Positions 47,000-56,257 of a DNA stretch of 64,000 nt are shown here, in pieces (the first letter of the stretch is position 1; every line of letters begins with the position of its first letter). Under the pieces are notes generated by a model. The model ran no database searches and was not told the origin of the DNA. It saw only the letters and a program-made list of their open reading frames with translations. This DNA comes from Acidimicrobiia bacterium. GTDB lineage: Bacteria; Actinomycetota; Acidimicrobiia; Spongiisociales; ZC4RG35. The stretch spans positions 38 to 64,037 of the forward strand of contig JAICRU010000005.1 in NCBI GenBank assembly GCA_025937235.1, read 5' to 3'. The translations under genes were made by a program, and so were the position numbers.

Positions 47000-47238
47000 G
47001 CGGCCACGAGTGTGACGACGCACTGACCAACCTCTATCAGTATCTGGACCGTGAGATCGAGGAGACGACGTCGTCCGTGATTCGGGCCCACCTCGAGGAT
47101 TGCTCCGGATGTCTCAAGAGCTTCGACTTCGAGGCGCGGCTCCAGATCGTTGTCAGAGAGCGGCTGGCCGAGGATGTGCCAGCCGAGTTCCTTCAGAGAC
47201 TGCGGGAGGCCCTTGCCCGTGAGGCCGCCTCGTCTTAG
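46996..47238 (+). CDS. rshA: Zinc-associated (ZAS) anti-sigma factor, RshA/RsrA type
   Basis: The 80-aa ORF has HLEDCSGC (the HxxxCxxC ZAS motif) plus an N-terminal Cys. Its ATG overlaps the sigma stop (ATGA). Confidence 0.8.
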   Translation: MSGHECDDALTNLYQYLDREIEETTSSVIRAHLEDCSGCLKSFDFEARLQIVVRERLAEDVPAEFLQRLREALAREAASS

Positions 47239-47282
47239 ACCACGGCATCCATCGGCCGACCGGCCACTAACCTGCGCCTCAG

Positions 47283-47597
47283 ATGAAGCGATTCAGCCGC
47301 GTCGCGACCCTCCTCGCCATCCTCGCCGCCCAGGCCCTGTTACTGGTGACACCGGCGCTGGGCACCGAGGGTGAAGAGCCCACCTCGACCACGGTCGCCG
47401 AGGAACCGGCGCCCACCTCCGGCATCGAGCCTGCGGTGCAGATGACCACGCCCGAGGCCACCGAGCCACTCCCCGACTGGACATACCGCTACATGATCCC
47501 GACCGGGATCGTGCTCGCCGTCCTGGTCATCGTCATGACCACGATCCAGTACTTCACGAGGGTCGTGCGCAGGCGGTATCGAATCGTCAATGAGTGA
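47283..47597 (+). CDS. Small secreted/membrane-anchored hypothetical protein
   Basis: A signal peptide (VATLLAILAAQALLLVTPALG), a Thr/Glu/Pro linker and a C-terminal TM helix followed by RRRYR are present. Confidence 0.55.
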   Translation: MKRFSRVATLLAILAAQALLLVTPALGTEGEEPTSTTVAEEPAPTSGIEPAVQMTTPEATEPLPDWTYRYMIPTGIVLAVLVIVMTTIQYFTRVVRRRYRIVNE

Positions 47598-48637
47598 CTT
47601 CCAGCCGGCCCGGCTCGGGTCGTCTCGCCGACAGGATCGCAGGGACCTACCCGCTCGCCGAGACCTATCACCGCCCTGCGCTCGAAGCCGACATGATCCG
47701 CCTCACCGGTCAGGTCTCCCGGCTGGTGCCACCGGCGACAGGTCTCGACCTTCCCGGTGACCCGACGACCATCGTCATCGGCCGCTCCGAGTGGATAGAA
47801 CGCAACGTGGCCAGCTTCAGCCATCTCATGGAACCACTCCAACGTCAGCTCAGGGAGAAGTTGGAATCAGCGGGACCGGGAGCGAGGGGGGTCGGCTCAC
47901 TGGCCAACCGCATGGTCCAGGCCGAGCTGACCGCGGTGCTGGGGGTCATCGCCCGACGTGTCCTCGGCCAGTACGAACTGGTCCTGCCCACCGGCGAGGA
48001 CGCCGACGTCGTCGCTTTCGTCGGGCCCAACATCATCCAGATGGAGCGGGTCCATCAATTCCGACCCGAGGAGTTCAGATTCTGGGTGGCTCTGCATGAA
48101 TTGACCCATCGGGCCCAGTTCCAGGGAGTCCCCTGGCTACGGGCTTACTTCATGGGGCTGGTCAGCGACCTGGTGGAGCACTCGAAGCCGGAGCCGGGAC
48201 GACTGAACCGGGTCATCGAAGAGGTGACCCGCCGACGGTACTCGGGTGGGCCGGTGATCGACGAACGGGGCCTTCTCGGCCTGTTCGCCTCGTCGGAGCA
48301 AAACGTCGTCATCGACAAAGTCCAAGCGCTGATGTCGCTCCTCGAGGGTCATGGCCACGTAGTCATGGATCGGCTCGGCAGCGAGCACCTGCGCACACAG
48401 GAGAGGATGAGCAAGGTGCTCAAAGCGCGCCGGCAGGACAAGCGAACGGCGGCGTTCTTCCGGCTCACCGGGCTGGAGATGAAGATGAACCAGTACCGGA
48501 TGGGGGAGCGCTTCATCGAGATCGTCGAGCGCGAGGCCGGCTGGGAGGCCGTGGGTCTCGCCTTCCGGGGGGCGAGCAGCCTTCCCACGCTCGAGGAGAT
48601 CGAAAGCCCCGAGCGATGGCTGAGCCGCGTCGCCTGA
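47594..48637 (+). CDS. Zinc metalloprotease-like protein (DUF2342 family, F420-biosynthesis-associated type)
   Basis: WVALHELTHRAQF (HExxH) and the overall family-like layout are present. The start overlaps the upstream stop. Confidence 0.7.
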   Translation: MTSSRPGSGRLADRIAGTYPLAETYHRPALEADMIRLTGQVSRLVPPATGLDLPGDPTTIVIGRSEWIERNVASFSHLMEPLQRQLREKLESAGPGARGVGSLANRMVQAELTAVLGVIARRVLGQYELVLPTGEDADVVAFVGPNIIQMERVHQFRPEEFRFWVALHELTHRAQFQGVPWLRAYFMGLVSDLVEHSKPEPGRLNRVIEEVTRRRYSGGPVIDERGLLGLFASSEQNVVIDKVQALMSLLEGHGHVVMDRLGSEHLRTQERMSKVLKARRQDKRTAAFFRLTGLEMKMNQYRMGERFIEIVEREAGWEAVGLAFRGASSLPTLEEIESPERWLSRVA

Positions 48638-49863
48638 CCCAGCTCAGGGAGAGACTGCTCGACCTCCTCGACCTGCCCGAGCAGGAACCGGTGATCGCTC
48701 TCTCCGGTGGGGCCGACTCGGCGTCCCTCGCCTATCTCATCGCACATCGGGGACAAGGGCGAAGGGCTGTGCATGTCAATCATCGGCTGGCCGCCTCGGC
48801 ACGTCTCGAGCAGGCAGCTCGTGCCGTGGCCGATCAGACGGGTACGCCCCTCGTCGTAGTGGAGACAGACGTGCCGGTCGGTGCCTCGTTGGAGGGACAC
48901 GCCCGTGACCGGAGGTATCGGGCGCTTATCGGCTCGCTGCGCCCTGGCGAGGCCCTGCTCACAGCCCACACCCTCGACGATCAGGCCGAGACCGTGCTGA
49001 TGAACCTGCTTCGCGGCGCCGGCCCGGCCGGGTTGGCCGGGATCCCACCCCGGAAGGGGCAGGTGGCGCGCCCGATGCTCCGGGTGTCGCGGGCGGAGAC
49101 CAGGGAGCTGGCCGGGCTGGCCGGGCTGCCTTACGAGGACGACCCGACCAATCTCGACCCCGGGGTGCGGAGGAACGCAATCCGTCTCGAAGTCATCCCC
49201 GATCTGGCCGGCCGGTTCAACCCGAAGCTGGTCGAGGCGCTGGCCCGTTCTGCCTCGTTGATCCAATCCGACGAGGAGCACCTGGCTTCCCTGGCCACAT
49301 CGCTGCCGGTCGTCGAGTCCAACTCGACTCTGGCGCTTCCCATCGGCTCGTTGCAGGCCGTGCCGCGGTCGGTCGCCGACCGGGCTATCCGCCGGTGCCT
49401 GAGCCGGCTTCGGCCGCCCTACGGTGGCAACGCGGGAGAGATGACCGCGATCTGGGAGGTGGCCACGCGCCGACGAAGGGCGACGGTTCTCGGGGAGGGC
49501 CTGGAGGTGACCCACCAAGGGCCCCTTCTCGTGTTCAGGCCGCCTGGGGACGGGCGTGGTGCCGTTGCTCAGGTCGATCTCGAGGTGGGTTGGAACGAGG
49601 TGGGCCGATTCGAGATCCTCGTCGATCGTCTCGAGGGCCCGTGCCGGGTCTTCCCCGTGGGATCGTGGTCTGCGGTGTTCCCCACCGATGTCGCGCTGGA
49701 CGCAAGAGTTGACGAGGAGGGTCGACTGGTGGTACGTGCAGACGACGAGCCGGCCTGGCTGCCCGGGGAGAGGAGGCTTCCGGTCGCTTGGTATCAGCCC
49801 GGAGCCAACGGCTACCTTTCCCTGTTCGCCAGAGAGGAATCCGGATGGACATCGAGCCCCTGA
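48616..49863 (+). CDS. tilS: tRNA(Ile)-lysidine synthase
   Basis: The PP-loop is ALSGGADSASLAYL. AHTLDDQAETVLMNLLRGAG is also present. Confidence 0.85.
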   Translation: MAEPRRLTQLRERLLDLLDLPEQEPVIALSGGADSASLAYLIAHRGQGRRAVHVNHRLAASARLEQAARAVADQTGTPLVVVETDVPVGASLEGHARDRRYRALIGSLRPGEALLTAHTLDDQAETVLMNLLRGAGPAGLAGIPPRKGQVARPMLRVSRAETRELAGLAGLPYEDDPTNLDPGVRRNAIRLEVIPDLAGRFNPKLVEALARSASLIQSDEEHLASLATSLPVVESNSTLALPIGSLQAVPRSVADRAIRRCLSRLRPPYGGNAGEMTAIWEVATRRRRATVLGEGLEVTHQGPLLVFRPPGDGRGAVAQVDLEVGWNEVGRFEILVDRLEGPCRVFPVGSWSAVFPTDVALDARVDEEGRLVVRADDEPAWLPGERRLPVAWYQPGANGYLSLFAREESGWTSSP

Positions 49864-50366
49864 TCACCGCCGAGCAAATCGAAGACAAGCTCGCCGACCT
49901 CGGCGGGCAGATCACGACGGACTACCGGGGCAAGGACGTCTTGCTGGTTGGCGTGCTGAGGGGAGCCTTCATGGTCATGGCCGACCTGGCCCGTCACATC
50001 GACCTCCCGGTCGAGTTCGATTTCATGGCGGTGTCGTCGTACGGGGCATCGACCCAGACTTCGGGTGTGGTGCGTATCCTCAAAGACCTCGACGAGGAGA
50101 TCGAAGGTCGGCATGTCCTCATCGTCGAGGACATCATCGACTCCGGGCTGACCCTGAACTACCTGATGAAGAGTCTGAACGTGCGCAAACCCGCTTCCCT
50201 GGAGATAGCCGCGCTGCTGCTCAAGGAGGGCATCCAGAGGGTGCCGTTGGAGGTGAAGTACGTCGGTTTCCCGATCGGGCCGGAGTTCGTGGTGGGCTAT
50301 GGCCTCGATTACGCCGGGAAGTACCGGAACCTACCCTACGTCGGCGTGATGGGCGCCGAGGGTTGA
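49845..50366 (+). CDS. hpt: Hypoxanthine-guanine phosphoribosyltransferase
   Basis: LVGVLRGAFMVMADL, VLIVEDIIDSGLTL (PRPP loop) and YVGFPIGPEFVVGYGLDY are present. Confidence 0.9.
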   Translation: MDIEPLITAEQIEDKLADLGGQITTDYRGKDVLLVGVLRGAFMVMADLARHIDLPVEFDFMAVSSYGASTQTSGVVRILKDLDEEIEGRHVLIVEDIIDSGLTLNYLMKSLNVRKPASLEIAALLLKEGIQRVPLEVKYVGFPIGPEFVVGYGLDYAGKYRNLPYVGVMGAEG

Positions 50367-50452
50367 CCCGAGAGCCGGGTATACGAATACGCGGCCGTTT
50401 CCCGTAGCATTGACCATCCGGAGTGTTCCCCCGATTCTGACTTGAGGTCTCA

Positions 50453-52450
50453 GTGAACCGAACCCTGCGCACACTGGTCGTCTACGGCCTGTCGATAATC
50501 ATGTTGGCCATCCTGGCTCAGTGGTGGTTCGACCAGGTGCAGGGGCCCGACGTCGTCGAGCTCTCCGAATTCATCGAAAGCGTGGAGGCGGGCGACTACG
50601 AGGCGGTCGAGATGCTGGCCCGCTCGAACGAGCTGCAGGGCCGGCTCACGGATTCCACCCTGCCAGCAGAGGCCTGGGATCAGGTCTCCAGCTATCCCGA
50701 GGGCGCCGAAGGCGATCTCGTCACCCTGATCCGGGAATCCGGCATCCCGTTCAGCTCCGACCCTCAGCCCCCGGGCTTCTGGGAAGTTCTGATCAGCTTC
50801 CTTCCCTGGCTTTTCCTGCTCGGGTTCATGGTCTTCATCTTCATGCAAATGCAGGGCGGCGGGAACCGCGTCATGCAGTTCGGCAAGTCCAGGGCAAAGC
50901 TCGTCGGCAAAGAGCAGCCCAAGATCACCTTCGACGACGTCGCCGGGCTCATCGAGGCCAAGGAGGAGCTCGAGGAGATCAAGGACTTCCTCCAGAACCC
51001 GGACAAGTACCGCCAGATGGGGGCCAAGATCCCTCGCGGCGTGCTCCTTTTCGGCCCTCCCGGAACGGGCAAGACCTTGCTTGCCAAGGCGGTGGCCGGC
51101 GAGGCCGGGGTTCCCTTCCTCTCGATCTCCGGTTCTGACTTCGTCGAGATGTTCGTCGGTGTCGGTGCGTCCCGGGTCCGTGACCTGTTCGACCAGGCCA
51201 AGCAGAATGCCCCTGCGATTGTGTTCATCGACGAGATCGACGCCGTCGGCCGTCATCGTGGCGCCGGTCTCGGTGGAGGCCATGACGAGCGTGAGCAGAC
51301 CCTGAACCAGCTCCTGGTCGAGCTCGACGGCTTCGAGGGCAACAGCGGCGTCATCGTCATGGCGGCGACCAATCGGCCCGACATCCTCGACCCCGCTCTC
51401 CTCCGCCCAGGTCGTTTCGACCGTCAGATCGTCGTGGACGCTCCGGACGTCGAGGGGCGCAAAGACATCCTCGAAGTCCACTCGAAGGGCAAGCCGCTCA
51501 ATGACGAGATCGATCTCGGGGTGCTGGCCCGGAGGACGCCCGGGTTCACCGGCGCCGATCTGGCCAACTTGATCAACGAGGCAGCCCTGCTCGCCACGAG
51601 ACGACGGCGCAAGGACATCGGGATGCTCGAGCTGGAGGAGGCGATCGATCGGGTCATCGCCGGGCCCGAGCGGAAGAGCAAGGTCATGACCGACGAGGAG
51701 AAGCGGCTGATTGCCTATCACGAGACGGGTCACGCCCTCGTGGGATACGCCCTACCCAACTCCGACCCGGTCCACAAGGTGACCATCGTGGCCCGAGGCC
51801 GTTCCCTCGGTCACACCCTGGCGCTCCCGACCCATGACAAGTACCTGGTCCGCCGTTCCGAGCTGGTCGATCAGCTGGCCATGCTTCTCGGTGGTCGCAC
51901 GGCCGAGGAGCTCATCTTCGCCGATCCCACCACCGGGGCGGCCAACGACATCGAGAAGGCCACCGCCATCGCCCGGCGGATGGTGATGGAGTACGGGATG
52001 AGCGACATCCTCGGCCCCATGCAGTACGGGAAGCCGAACGGCGAAGTGTTCTTGGGCCGTGACTACTCCCGTCAACAGGATTACTCGGACGAGGTCGCGG
52101 CCAACATCGACAACGAGGTTCGCAAGATGATCAACGCCGCCCACGAGGAGGCGCGCCTGATCCTGGAGCATCATCAGGACTCGATGGAACAAATGGTCTC
52201 GGCCCTGCTCGAGAACGAGACCGTCGACCGGGATCAGGTGGCCCAGTTGTTCGCCGACGTTCCGAAGTGGGAGCACACCTCCGAGGGCGCCCTCCGGATC
52301 AAGTATCCCGACAACCCGGTCATCCCCCAGACCCGGGAGCAGATTGCCGCTACGGAAGAGGTGGAGATCGAAGATGAGCCGGTCACCGAGTCCCTCACTC
52401 TCAACCGCAAGCTGCGCCGGTCGAGCCGGCCCGCCACCGAAGGCGGGTAG
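50453..52450 (+). CDS. ftsH: ATP-dependent zinc metalloprotease FtsH
   Basis: The AAA module has [29 protein letters not shown] and the SRH region. The protease motif is HETGHALVG. Confidence 0.97.
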   Translation: MNRTLRTLVVYGLSIIMLAILAQWWFDQVQGPDVVELSEFIESVEAGDYEAVEMLARSNELQGRLTDSTLPAEAWDQVSSYPEGAEGDLVTLIRESGIPFSSDPQPPGFWEVLISFLPWLFLLGFMVFIFMQMQGGGNRVMQFGKSRAKLVGKEQPKITFDDVAGLIEAKEELEEIKDFLQNPDKYRQMGAKIPRGVLLFGPPGTGKTLLAKAVAGEAGVPFLSISGSDFVEMFVGVGASRVRDLFDQAKQNAPAIVFIDEIDAVGRHRGAGLGGGHDEREQTLNQLLVELDGFEGNSGVIVMAATNRPDILDPALLRPGRFDRQIVVDAPDVEGRKDILEVHSKGKPLNDEIDLGVLARRTPGFTGADLANLINEAALLATRRRRKDIGMLELEEAIDRVIAGPERKSKVMTDEEKRLIAYHETGHALVGYALPNSDPVHKVTIVARGRSLGHTLALPTHDKYLVRRSELVDQLAMLLGGRTAEELIFADPTTGAANDIEKATAIARRMVMEYGMSDILGPMQYGKPNGEVFLGRDYSRQQDYSDEVAANIDNEVRKMINAAHEEARLILEHHQDSMEQMVSALLENETVDRDQVAQLFADVPKWEHTSEGALRIKYPDNPVIPQTREQIAATEEVEIEDEPVTESLTLNRKLRRSSRPATEGG

Positions 52451-52506
52451 CCGCACTCCTGTCCGAGCGCGTCACAAAGACACGGCGCACTACGAAAAAC
52501 ATGTCG

Positions 52507-53241
52507 TCACGAAACCCGTTCGATCTTCAGATCGCCGGACACCAGCCTCACCTTCACACTTATCTCGCGCTCCGGCGGTTCGGGGCGGGTGCTGGGGTCG
52601 GGAAGGCTGACCTTGCCGGATAGGGATTCGGCGTCCAGTTCGAGCCGAGTCCGAGGCGGGATACCAAGCTTGACCCCGCCGGACATCGACTTGACCTTGA
52701 CAAACGGGCCCGTGACCTTCTCGATCTTGACGTTGCCGGAAAGCGTGGCGCAATGAAGGGCTCCGGCACATTCTCCGATCGTCACATCTCCTGAGGCGGT
52801 GGAGAGGTCGGCCCGGTCCGTCATCTGGGCGATCTTGATGCTCCCCGACGCGGTGACACAGCTTGCTTCACCGTCGACACGATTGCCCCTGACCCGGCCG
52901 CTGGCGGTCTTGGCCCGCAGCCGCTCGATTGAATCGAAATCGACGTTGCCGCTGGCGGTCACCGCGTCGAGCCGGGCAAGCCGAGGTGCGACGGTGATGT
53001 CGCCACTCGATGTCTCGATCACGACATCTCCCAACGGGGGCAGGCTCACGGTGACGTAGGTCCGCCCGGCGCCGGAGGCTTCGATGGCATCCACGCGCTG
53101 CCGGAGCTCGAAATGTGAGTCGCTGCTGTCGACCCTGAGCCGGACCACTCCTGCATCGCCCTCCTCGACATTCACCCTCCCGGATCTGATCGAGATCCGG
53201 ACCACCGGGTTCCCGTCTACGGCGAACTCCCGGTCGATCAC
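52507..53241 (-). CDS. DUF4097-family (putative adhesin / beta-helix repeat) protein
   Basis: Repeated xSGD/N(I/V)x(I/V) strands are present (TSSGDITV, TASGNVDF, KTASGRVRG, TASGSIKI, STASGDVTI, TLSGNVKI, SMSGGVKL, SLSGKVSL, LVSGDLKI). The GTG start overlaps the upstream stop (GTGA at 53238-53241). Confidence 0.7.
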   Translation of the reverse strand: MIDREFAVDGNPVVRISIRSGRVNVEEGDAGVVRLRVDSSDSHFELRQRVDAIEASGAGRTYVTVSLPPLGDVVIETSSGDITVAPRLARLDAVTASGNVDFDSIERLRAKTASGRVRGNRVDGEASCVTASGSIKIAQMTDRADLSTASGDVTIGECAGALHCATLSGNVKIEKVTGPFVKVKSMSGGVKLGIPPRTRLELDAESLSGKVSLPDPSTRPEPPEREISVKVRLVSGDLKIERVS

Positions 53242-53690
53242 AGATCGATGGTCCGTCTCACCGAGTTCGAGCTCCCGCGCTCGTACGCCTTGGTGCGCAG
53301 CGTCTCGACCACGAACGAGTTGATCGAGTCGCCGGCCCCTTCGGCCGCTTCTGTGATGAGGTCCTTCAGATAGGCGGGGACTCGAAGGGTGATCCGGGCC
53401 TCGGCGTCCACCGCCTCCGCATCCGGCGGTGGGGGAGGGACCCTGGACTCGTCGGAGCGCACGCTGAGCTCTGGGTCGCCGTCCACGAGTCGTACCTCGA
53501 CGCGTTGGCCTACCAATTGCCCGTTCACTTCTTGGGCGGCCATCTCCACGACCTCCATGATTGCCTGTCGCAGCGCGGGCCGAAGGACGTCGAGCAGGTC
53601 GGCGCCCAAGGACGCCAGATCGGGGTTGGCCAGCCGCAACTGGGCTTGAACAGCGGCCTCCATCAGTTGTTCTGTCTGGGTCAACTGCAT
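53238..53690 (-). CDS. Protein with unknown helical N-domain and C-terminal ribbon-helix-helix (HicB/Arc-like) DNA-binding domain
   Basis: The C-terminal ARITLRVPAYLKDLITEAAEGAGDSINSFVVETL fits the RHH pattern (beta strand then two helices). A Pro-rich linker (PPPPPD) separates it from a ~90-aa N-domain. Confidence 0.6.
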   Translation of the reverse strand: MQLTQTEQLMEAAVQAQLRLANPDLASLGADLLDVLRPALRQAIMEVVEMAAQEVNGQLVGQRVEVRLVDGDPELSVRSDESRVPPPPPDAEAVDAEARITLRVPAYLKDLITEAAEGAGDSINSFVVETLRTKAYERGSSNSVRRTIDL

Positions 53691-53702
53691 CGAATATCGC
53701 TC

Positions 53703-53846
53703 CTATCTTGGTTGGCCCCAGCGCATGGCGTCGGCGACCTGGCGGCTCGGCAACTCTCCAACCGTCGGCCGTCTCTGTCGCACCCTCCGGATCCTCTGCT
53801 CCAACACGGTCTCCAGGACATCTGGTTGATCGGTGAAGATCATCAT
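53703..53846 (-). CDS. 47-aa ORF heading the operon (below the ORF-track size cutoff)
   Basis: AAGGAGGAG lies 5 nt before ATGATG. The sequence is MMIFTDQPDVLETVLEQRIRRVRQRRPTVGELPSRQVADAMRWGQPR, with its stop 13 nt before the next gene's ATG. No family was recognised. Confidence 0.45.
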   Translation of the reverse strand: MMIFTDQPDVLETVLEQRIRRVRQRRPTVGELPSRQVADAMRWGQPR

Positions 53847-53865
53847 TTTCACTCCTCCTTGTAGG

Positions 53866-53897
53866 TGACATCATGGGCGATGTCATTCTGACATCAT
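53866..53897. promoter_or_regulatory. Cluster of TGACAT/ATGTCA half-sites (candidate operator) in the divergent folE / RHH-operon control region
   Basis: TGACATCAT-gggcg-ATGTCA-ttc-TGACATCAT was read directly (53866-53874, 53880-85, 53889-53897). ATGTCA/TGACAT form inverted repeats with 3-bp and 8-bp spacers. Confidence 0.5.
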
Positions 53898-53925
53898 CAT
53901 ACAGTCACTATGACGGCTTTGTCAA
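53896..53925 (-). promoter_or_regulatory. Near-consensus sigma-70-type promoter for the minus-strand 3-gene operon
   Basis: The minus strand reads TTGACA - 18 nt - TATGAT. The -35 is the complement of 53920-53925 and the -10 is the complement of 53896-53901. The predicted start region falls inside the TGACAT palindromes. Confidence 0.5.
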
Positions 53926-53967
53926 GACACCGGCAGATATCCCAGATCCCTCCGGTAACTTCAACTC

Positions 53968-54567
53968 ATGAGCGAGTTCGAGGATGGGATCGAGGTCACC
54001 ATCGATCGGGGTCGAATCGAGAAGGCCGTCCGGGAGATCATCGAAGCGCTGGGCGAGGACCCGGAGAGGGAGGGTCTGTCCGACACCCCGGAGCGCGTGG
54101 CCAACTTCTACGCGGAGGTCTTCGACGGCCTGCATCGGGAGCCGGGGGACGTGGTCGACGCCTTCTTCGGTGACGAGCACTATCAGGAGATCGTGATGGT
54201 GCGCGAGATCCCGTTCTACTCGATGTGTGAGCACCATTTCGTGCCCTTTCACGGGCAGGCGCACGTCGCCTACATACCAAGGGGCCGGGTGACCGGGCTC
54301 TCCAAGCTGGCGCGTCTGGTCGAGGGCTTCGCCCGCCGCCCCCAGATGCAGGAGCGGCTCACCGCCCAGGTGGCGGACGCTCTCACCGATCGACTCGAGC
54401 CGCTCGGGGTGATGGTCGTCGTGGAGGCTGAGCACCTGTGCATGTCGATGCGTGGGGTGAAGAAGCCCGGGGCCACCACGGTCACGTCGGCGGTGCGGGG
54501 GATAATGGAGTCGCAGCCGGCCACCAGGGCCGAGGCGATGGCGCTTCTATTCGGCACCGTTCGCTAG
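53968..54567 (+). CDS. folE: GTP cyclohydrolase I
   Basis: [24 protein letters not shown] and QMQERLT are present. Confidence 0.95.
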   Translation: MSEFEDGIEVTIDRGRIEKAVREIIEALGEDPEREGLSDTPERVANFYAEVFDGLHREPGDVVDAFFGDEHYQEIVMVREIPFYSMCEHHFVPFHGQAHVAYIPRGRVTGLSKLARLVEGFARRPQMQERLTAQVADALTDRLEPLGVMVVVEAEHLCMSMRGVKKPGATTVTSAVRGIMESQPATRAEAMALLFGTVR

Positions 54568-54576
54568 GAGCGATCG

Positions 54577-55458
54577 GTGATCTGGAAGCTTCGCACCAGG
54601 GAGCTGGACGTCTCCAGAGGGTTGATCATGGGCGTCATCAATGTCACGCCCGACTCGTTCTCGGATGGGGGTGTCCATCTCGATCCGGACCGGGCGATCG
54701 CCGCCGGGCTGGAGATGGCCAAAGCGGGGGCGGACCTTGTCGACGTTGGCGGAGAGTCGACCCGCCCCGGGGCATTGCCCGTGAACGCGGACGAAGAGAC
54801 GGGGCGTGTCGTCCCGGTGGTGACGGGGCTGGTCGAATCGGGACTGGTGGTGTCGATAGACACCTCGAAGCCCGAGGTGGCGTCGGCGGCCTTGGAGGCG
54901 GGAGCCGAGATCGTCAACGACGTCACCGCTGCAGGAGCCGAGCGCATGGTCGGGGTACTGGCCGGGTCGGGTGCCGGGGTGGTCCTCATGCACATGAAGG
55001 GCACTCCGAGGACGATGCAACAGGATCCTGTCTACGGCGATGTGGTGGCCGAGGTCGCGGGTTTCCTCGAGGAACGGGCCGGCCAGATCATCGGTGCTGG
55101 TGTGGATCCGGCCTCGGTCAGCATCGATCCCGGCATCGGCTTCGGCAAGACCGCAAATCACAATCTCCAACTGATCGACGGCCTCCCCCGGCTGGTCGAA
55201 TCCGGGTACCCGGTGGTGCTCGGCACCTCGCGCAAAGCCTTCCTGGGCAGGATCACGGGGATCGACGATCCCGGCGCTCGCGACGGGGTCACCGCGGTCA
55301 CCACGGCTCTCGGATTCGAGCGTGGCGCAAGGGTTTTTCGGGTTCACGACGTTGTTTCTTCAAGAGCGGCTCTGAGCCTTGCCGCGGCTATCGTGAGCCA
55401 CGGGACATGGCACGAATGGTCGCAGGACTCAAGCCCCGGGGATTCACCTGGGTCATAA
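54577..55458 (+). CDS. folP: Dihydropteroate synthase
   Basis: GVINVTPDSFSDGG, VDVGGESTRPGA, IDPGIGFGKT and LGTSRKAFLG are present. Confidence 0.95.
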   Translation: MIWKLRTRELDVSRGLIMGVINVTPDSFSDGGVHLDPDRAIAAGLEMAKAGADLVDVGGESTRPGALPVNADEETGRVVPVVTGLVESGLVVSIDTSKPEVASAALEAGAEIVNDVTAAGAERMVGVLAGSGAGVVLMHMKGTPRTMQQDPVYGDVVAEVAGFLEERAGQIIGAGVDPASVSIDPGIGFGKTANHNLQLIDGLPRLVESGYPVVLGTSRKAFLGRITGIDDPGARDGVTAVTTALGFERGARVFRVHDVVSSRAALSLAAAIVSHGTWHEWSQDSSPGDSPGS

Positions 55459-55901
55459 CCGATCGTTTGGCCGTGTCCGAACGGGTCGGTGGCTCCGGCT
55501 TCCAGCATCGGCGGGTGAGACGGGAGGAGGAGATCACCTGGCTGGTGGAGGAGGCAGGGATCAACACCGTGGTGTCGATGCTTCCCGGCAATCAGAACCT
55601 CCTCGCCTACCGCGAGGCCGGCATGGCCACTTTTTCGGTCCCGATCGGCGCCGATCTGACCAGCGAGGACGTGGACCAGTTCTTCGCCACCCTGACCAAG
55701 GCGACCTCGAAGCGCCGGTCCAGAGTCCTCGTGCACCGGGAGGTGATCGACGACATGGTGGGTGGCCTGCTCGGCGGTTTCCTGGTCACATCCGGTCTGG
55801 TCCAGGACCCGATCCTGGCCCTGGCCGTCATCCAGCAGATCCTGGGCCGGGCGTTGGGGCCGGAGGGCCGCTCGCTCATCCCGGCATCCGCTGTCTCGTG
55901 A
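55407..55901 (+). CDS. Dual-specificity-phosphatase-fold protein lacking the catalytic Cys/Arg (pseudophosphatase-like), embedded in the folate operon
   Basis: The layout matches DSP/PTP-like proteins (ITDRLAVS..., GINTVVSML, FSVPIGADL.SEDVDQF). The P-loop position reads VLVHREVIDDMVGG instead of HCxxGxxR. Its stop overlaps the folB start. The start (55407 or 55416) overlaps the folP end. Confidence 0.5.
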   Translation: MARMVAGLKPRGFTWVITDRLAVSERVGGSGFQHRRVRREEEITWLVEEAGINTVVSMLPGNQNLLAYREAGMATFSVPIGADLTSEDVDQFFATLTKATSKRRSRVLVHREVIDDMVGGLLGGFLVTSGLVQDPILALAVIQQILGRALGPEGRSLIPASAVS

Positions 55902-56257
55902 CCGATCGGATCGAGATCAAAGGAATTCAAGTTCTCGCCCGTCACGGCTTGCTGGAGCATGAACGGGTCGAGCCCCAGCCATTCCTGATCGACCTCACCG
56001 TGTACCTGGACCTCACCGGGGCTGCGGTCTCGGACGAGCTCGCCGACACCGTCGACTACGGGCGGCTGGCCCAGGCGGCCCATGACGTCGTCGCCGGAGA
56101 GAGTCACCTGCTCATCGAGACCGTGGCCGACCGCGTGGCGAGGAAGGTCCTCGGCGAGCCTCGTGTCGAGAGGGTGTCCGTGACCGTGCACAAGCCGGAA
56201 GCGCCGATCCCTCTCGAGTTTGGCGACGTTGCGGTCACGATCGATCGGTATCGATGA
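55898..56257 (+). CDS. folB: Dihydroneopterin aldolase
   Basis: DRIEIKGIQVLARHGLLEHERVEPQPFLIDL ... DTVDYG ... LIETVA is present. Confidence 0.9.
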   Translation: MTDRIEIKGIQVLARHGLLEHERVEPQPFLIDLTVYLDLTGAAVSDELADTVDYGRLAQAAHDVVAGESHLLIETVADRVARKVLGEPRVERVSVTVHKPEAPIPLEFGDVAVTIDRYR

